Assembly (NCBI GenBank): GCA_022566795.1
Contig: JADFIF010000005.1
Span: 1-48,765 of the forward strand
Length of the DNA: 48,765 nucleotides
Reading direction: 5' to 3'
Source: Chloroflexota bacterium
GTDB lineage: Bacteria > Chloroflexota > Dehalococcoidia > Lucifugimonadales > G022566795
A program made the translations under genes and the position numbers. The notes under the pieces are model-generated. The model searched no databases and was not told the DNA's origin. It saw only the letters and a list, made by a program, of their open reading frames with translations. Shown here one piece after another: positions 45,121 to 48,765 of the stretch (positions are counted from its first letter, which is position 1; each line of letters begins with the position of its first letter).

Positions 45121-45966
45121 ATGACCGTCAGAATCGTCACGGACAGCACCTCGGACCTTCCAGAGGATATCGTCCAGCGCCTTGGCATCACCGTGGTGCC
45201 GCTGAACGTTCACTTTGGCACGGACAGCTTCAAGGACGGTGTCGACCTCTCCGCTGACGAGTTCTACGACCGGCTGCTCAACGGGCCGGTCCTGCCAACC
45301 ACGTCGCAGCCGTCCATCGGCGAGTTCGCTCAGACCTACGAGGAGGTGGCCGACGCCGACGGCATCCTGTCGATCCACATATCCTCCAAGGTCAGCGGCA
45401 CCTACAACTCCGCGGTGCAGGCAACCTCCGAGGCCAAGCTCTCCTGCCCGGTCGAGGTTGTCGATACGCAGCAGATGTCGATGGGCTTGGGTATGACTGT
45501 CATGGCGGCCGCCGCTGCCGTCCAGAAAGGATGCGATCTGGAGGAAGCGACGGCGGTAGCCAAGCGCGCATCCGAGCTGGCGCAGTGTATCGCGCTCTTT
45601 GAGACCCTGGAGTACCTCCAGAAGGGAGGCCGCGTGGGCAAAGCTGGGGCCCTGATCGGGTCACTCTTGAGGATTCGGCCGATGATCATCGTTCGCAACG
45701 GCGAGGTGCACGAGCTGGCCAAAGAAAGGTCGCGTCCCCGCGGCATCGCGAGGCTTCAGCGAACGGCCCGCGACTTCGCTCCGGTGGACGAGCTGGCCGT
45801 CATTTACAGCACGACGCCCGACGACGCTCGCGCCGTTGCCGACAACCTGAGCGACCTGCTCCCAGACTCAAAGGAGCCCATCATCGCCAGGTACGGACCG
45901 GTCATCGGGACGTACGCCGGGCCCGGCGCTCTCGGCCTTGGCCTCCTTCGCTCCGGTCCGGCGTAG
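45121..45966 (+). CDS. degV: DegV-family fatty acid-binding protein (FakB)
   Basis: IVTDSTSDLP, PTTSQPS, SS..SGTYNSA, LEYLQKGGR, GPGALG. Confidence 0.93.
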   Translation: MTVRIVTDSTSDLPEDIVQRLGITVVPLNVHFGTDSFKDGVDLSADEFYDRLLNGPVLPTTSQPSIGEFAQTYEEVADADGILSIHISSKVSGTYNSAVQATSEAKLSCPVEVVDTQQMSMGLGMTVMAAAAAVQKGCDLEEATAVAKRASELAQCIALFETLEYLQKGGRVGKAGALIGSLLRIRPMIIVRNGEVHELAKERSRPRGIARLQRTARDFAPVDELAVIYSTTPDDARAVADNLSDLLPDSKEPIIARYGPVIGTYAGPGALGLGLLRSGPA

Positions 45967-46045
45967 AAGGTATACCAATTCCCCTGATCAGCGCCGTATA
46001 TTTGTATCCCGATTCCCGATGCGGGACTGTGGTTGCCCAAGGTCA

Positions 46046-46072
46046 GGGCAGGCACAGGGGCCTGCCCCTACA
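46046..46072 (-). repeat. GTAG-type REP-like palindrome
   Basis: Minus strand tGTAGgggcaggcccctgtgcctgccc: GTAG tetramer followed by a gggcaggc/gcctgccc hairpin. Confidence 0.6.
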
Positions 46073-46142
46073 AGACGCGATGTTGTCCAGGGCGTGAGAA
46101 CAGCTCGCAATCTACAACGTTTTCAAACAGAATTGGTATTAG

Positions 46143-46219
46143 GCCTCTAACAGAACCCGCACTATGCGCGCTAGATTCTTCACTCGTTCAGGATGACGAC
46201 CAGAGTTCTGTTAGCCGTT
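46143..46219. mobile_element. Short MITE-like element enclosing a REP-like palindrome
   Basis: IR ctaacagaac (46147-46156) / gttctgttag (46205-46214); flanks TTAG / CTAA; internal agattcttcactcgttcaggatgac (46173-46197). Confidence 0.5.
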
Positions 46220-46284
46220 CTAAGTACTAGCCTCGGAATCACGGGCGCGGTCCCATATCTCGAGCCATTCTATCGCGTGCGCGC

Positions 46285-48702
46285 ATGCCACCTGCCTCCG
46301 ACTCTAAGCTAGAGGCTCTCCGAAAAATCCTCGAGCAGGAGGAGGCCGCCGGCTTTCCCGATACCACGGTCATCGGCGGCCTGGACCGATTCTTGAGTCG
46401 TTGGACCAGCGAGCTCGCCCCGGCGGTCGACGGCTTGGCGTCCTACTCCGTCCTGACTCCTCCTCAGCGAGAGAAGTGGGCCGGCGGCGCTCGGGCGAAG
46501 ATGGCGAGTGCTGGGCTAGGCTCTGACCAACCTCCGGCGCCAAAACAGGGCAAGGCGTCACGCCGCACGGCCCGTCCACCCGCCGACATCGGCCTCGATG
46601 ACGACGTGACGCGCCTGAGAGGCGTGTCTACCCAGCACCTGGCCAGACTCAAGAAGATCGGAGTAAGCAAGGTCTCCGACCTCGTTCACCTCTTTCCAAA
46701 CCGCCACAACGACTTCGCCCACATGCGGAAGGTCTCCGAGCTCGAGCCCGGCCAGGAGCAGACGGTGGTCGTGACGGTGTGGGAGGCGAGCATATCCCGC
46801 TCGGGCCCAAGGCGAAGGTCTACTCAGGCCGTGCTGGGTGACGACACGGGCAACATCCGCGCCATCTGGTTCAACAACCCCTACATGGCCCGAACTCTGC
46901 GCCCCGGCGCTCAGGTTGTCATCAGCGGCAGAGTCAACGTCTTTCGGGGGCAGCCCGTATTCGAGTCCCCGGAGTACGAGCTTCTCCAGGGTCAAGAAGA
47001 GCTGATCCACACGGGGCGCCTCGTGCCGGTCTATCCCTCGACGGAAGGTCTGCCTCAAAGGACCCTGCGACGGTTTGTCAAGCAGGCGCTGGACCGCTGC
47101 ATCTCACAGGTCGCGGAGTTCTTGCCCGAGGAGCTGATGCACCGAACGGGTTTGATGGGCCTGCAGAGTGCGATCGCCCAGGCGCACTATCCCGATTCGG
47201 AGCGCGATTGGGCGACGGCCCGGTGGCGATTGGCCTTCGACGAGCTTCTCCTCCTGCAGCTAGCCGTTCTCAGCCGCAAGCTACGCTGGCAAGAGTCCGC
47301 TGGCGGTATACCTCTGGAGTCTCGGTCTGCCGGGGTCGAGGCGTTCGTGGGCGCGCTGCCGTTTGCGCTGACGGACGCGCAGTCTCGCGCCCTCGACGAC
47401 ATTCTCAATGACATCGGCCAAAAGGCGCCGATGAGCCGGCTACTCCAGGGAGACGTGGGCAGCGGCAAGACAGTGGTGGCCGTCGCGGCCCTGCTGGCAG
47501 CAGCGTTCAGCGGCTACCAAGGCGCGCTGATGGCCCCCACGGAGATCCTGGCCGAGCAGCACTTCATGACCGTGTGGAGGCTGCTCACCGGCGGGTCGGC
47601 GGCGTTCGAGGGTGGCCCCATACTGACGGCGGAGGCGGACTGGCTTCCCAGGCCGATCACCGTGGGCCTCGCGCTGGGCAGCGCGTCTCAGCGGCAGAAG
47701 GATGAGATCCATCGCCGCCTGGCAGATGGCGAGATCGACCTCGCCATTGGGACGCACGCGCTGATACAGCCGTCTGTGGAGATCCCGAGGCTCGCGCTCG
47801 TCGTCGTTGACGAGCAGCATCGCTTCGGAGTGATGCAGCGGGCATCGCTCAGGGAGAAGGGTAGCCGCCCCCATCTGCTGGTCATGTCGGCGACGCCCAT
47901 ACCCCGGTCCCTGGCCCTGACGCTCTATGGCGACCTGGATGTCTCCAGCATCGACGAGCTCCCGCCCGGCCGTCAGCAGATTCGGACCCGTTGGGTGGAG
48001 CCGGAGCGCCGGCAGGCGGCCTACGGCTTCTTGCGCAAGGAGGTGGACCAGGGCCGGCAGGCGTTCATCGTGTGTCCTCTCATCGAGGAGTCTGAGGCGA
48101 TACAGTCCAGAGCGGCCACGGAAGAGCACGCCAGGCTTTCGACCGATGTATTTCCGGACCTGTCGCTCGGCCTTCTGCACGGCCGCATGCCCCTTCGCGA
48201 GAAACAAGAGGTGATGGACGGATTTCAGCGGGGGAAGCTGAACATTCTCGTGTCGACCCCGGTTGTGGAGGTAGGGATCGACGTGCCAAACGCCTCCGTC
48301 ATGCTGATCGACGGCGCCGACCGCTTCGGCCTCGCGCAGCTACATCAGTTCAGGGGTCGCGTCGGGCGTGGGGAGCACCAGAGCTACTGTCTTCTGCTGG
48401 CCGATTCGCCGGGCGAGGAGGCGAGAGAGCGCCTCCGTATCCTCGAGCGCGTCCACGACGGGTTTGAGCTCGCGGAGGAGGACCTGCGCATCCGCGGGCC
48501 GGGCGACTACCTTGGAACCCGACAGAGCGGGCTGCCCGAGTTTCGCGTCGCACGCATCACCGACCACGACGTGCTCGCGCTCGCCCGCCGAGAGGCTACC
48601 AGGCTGCTGGTCGCGGACCCAGAGCTCGCGGCCCCAGAGAACGCAAGGCTCTCGGAGCATTTCAAAAGGTACGCCGCGGACCTCCCCCAGGAGATGAGCT
48701 GA
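46285..48702 (+). CDS. recG: ATP-dependent DNA helicase RecG
   Basis: RLAFDELL.LQ, MSRLLQGDVGSGKT, DEQHRFGV.QR, MSATPIPR, QLHQFRGRVGRG, DLRIRGPG. Confidence 0.98.
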   Translation: MPPASDSKLEALRKILEQEEAAGFPDTTVIGGLDRFLSRWTSELAPAVDGLASYSVLTPPQREKWAGGARAKMASAGLGSDQPPAPKQGKASRRTARPPADIGLDDDVTRLRGVSTQHLARLKKIGVSKVSDLVHLFPNRHNDFAHMRKVSELEPGQEQTVVVTVWEASISRSGPRRRSTQAVLGDDTGNIRAIWFNNPYMARTLRPGAQVVISGRVNVFRGQPVFESPEYELLQGQEELIHTGRLVPVYPSTEGLPQRTLRRFVKQALDRCISQVAEFLPEELMHRTGLMGLQSAIAQAHYPDSERDWATARWRLAFDELLLLQLAVLSRKLRWQESAGGIPLESRSAGVEAFVGALPFALTDAQSRALDDILNDIGQKAPMSRLLQGDVGSGKTVVAVAALLAAAFSGYQGALMAPTEILAEQHFMTVWRLLTGGSAAFEGGPILTAEADWLPRPITVGLALGSASQRQKDEIHRRLADGEIDLAIGTHALIQPSVEIPRLALVVVDEQHRFGVMQRASLREKGSRPHLLVMSATPIPRSLALTLYGDLDVSSIDELPPGRQQIRTRWVEPERRQAAYGFLRKEVDQGRQAFIVCPLIEESEAIQSRAATEEHARLSTDVFPDLSLGLLHGRMPLREKQEVMDGFQRGKLNILVSTPVVEVGIDVPNASVMLIDGADRFGLAQLHQFRGRVGRGEHQSYCLLLADSPGEEARERLRILERVHDGFELAEEDLRIRGPGDYLGTRQSGLPEFRVARITDHDVLALARREATRLLVADPELAAPENARLSEHFKRYAADLPQEMS

Positions 48703-48765
48703 CAAAGAGGTCAGACGGCCGAAGGGTTTTCCGGCCAGAGCGCGCTCGGCGGGGCCGACTGCGGA

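Overview
High-GC bacterial chromosomal segment. Gene content and order suggest Chloroflexota, probably Dehalococcoidia/SAR202-like (inference only). It is mostly housekeeping: asd (partial), dapB, pnp-rpsO, glmS, cmk-plsC, a ubiD-ubiA-ubiX (mqnL/P/M-type) cluster, a Trk/Ktr K+ uptake cluster with USP and stand-alone RCK_N genes, pheA, hemA and rpmB / DAK2-degV-recG. Catabolic genes are interspersed: arylsulfotransferase-like, alpha/beta hydrolase, amidase plus small partner, paired class III CoA-transferases, D-2-hydroxyacid dehydrogenase, VOC protein and a ComE-like TPP enzyme. A Phd-VapC toxin-antitoxin pair and two exported proteins are also present. No rRNA, tRNA, CRISPR array or transposase was recognised. 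The most unusual signals are: (i) several non-autonomous MITE/REP-like families, including a B-A-B-A array joined at CTAG-like tetramers and palindromes nested inside each other; (ii) a DHDPS-family aldolase followed by an MfnB-like synthase fused to a TusA-like domain; (iii) a nucleoside-deoxyribosyltransferase-like gene bracketed by inverted palindromic repeats; (iv) a lipoprotein with a Cys-less cupredoxin-like domain and Cys/His repeats; (v) a promoter with a LexA-like box and no obvious intact gene behind it. All family calls come from motif recognition by eye, not from database searches.
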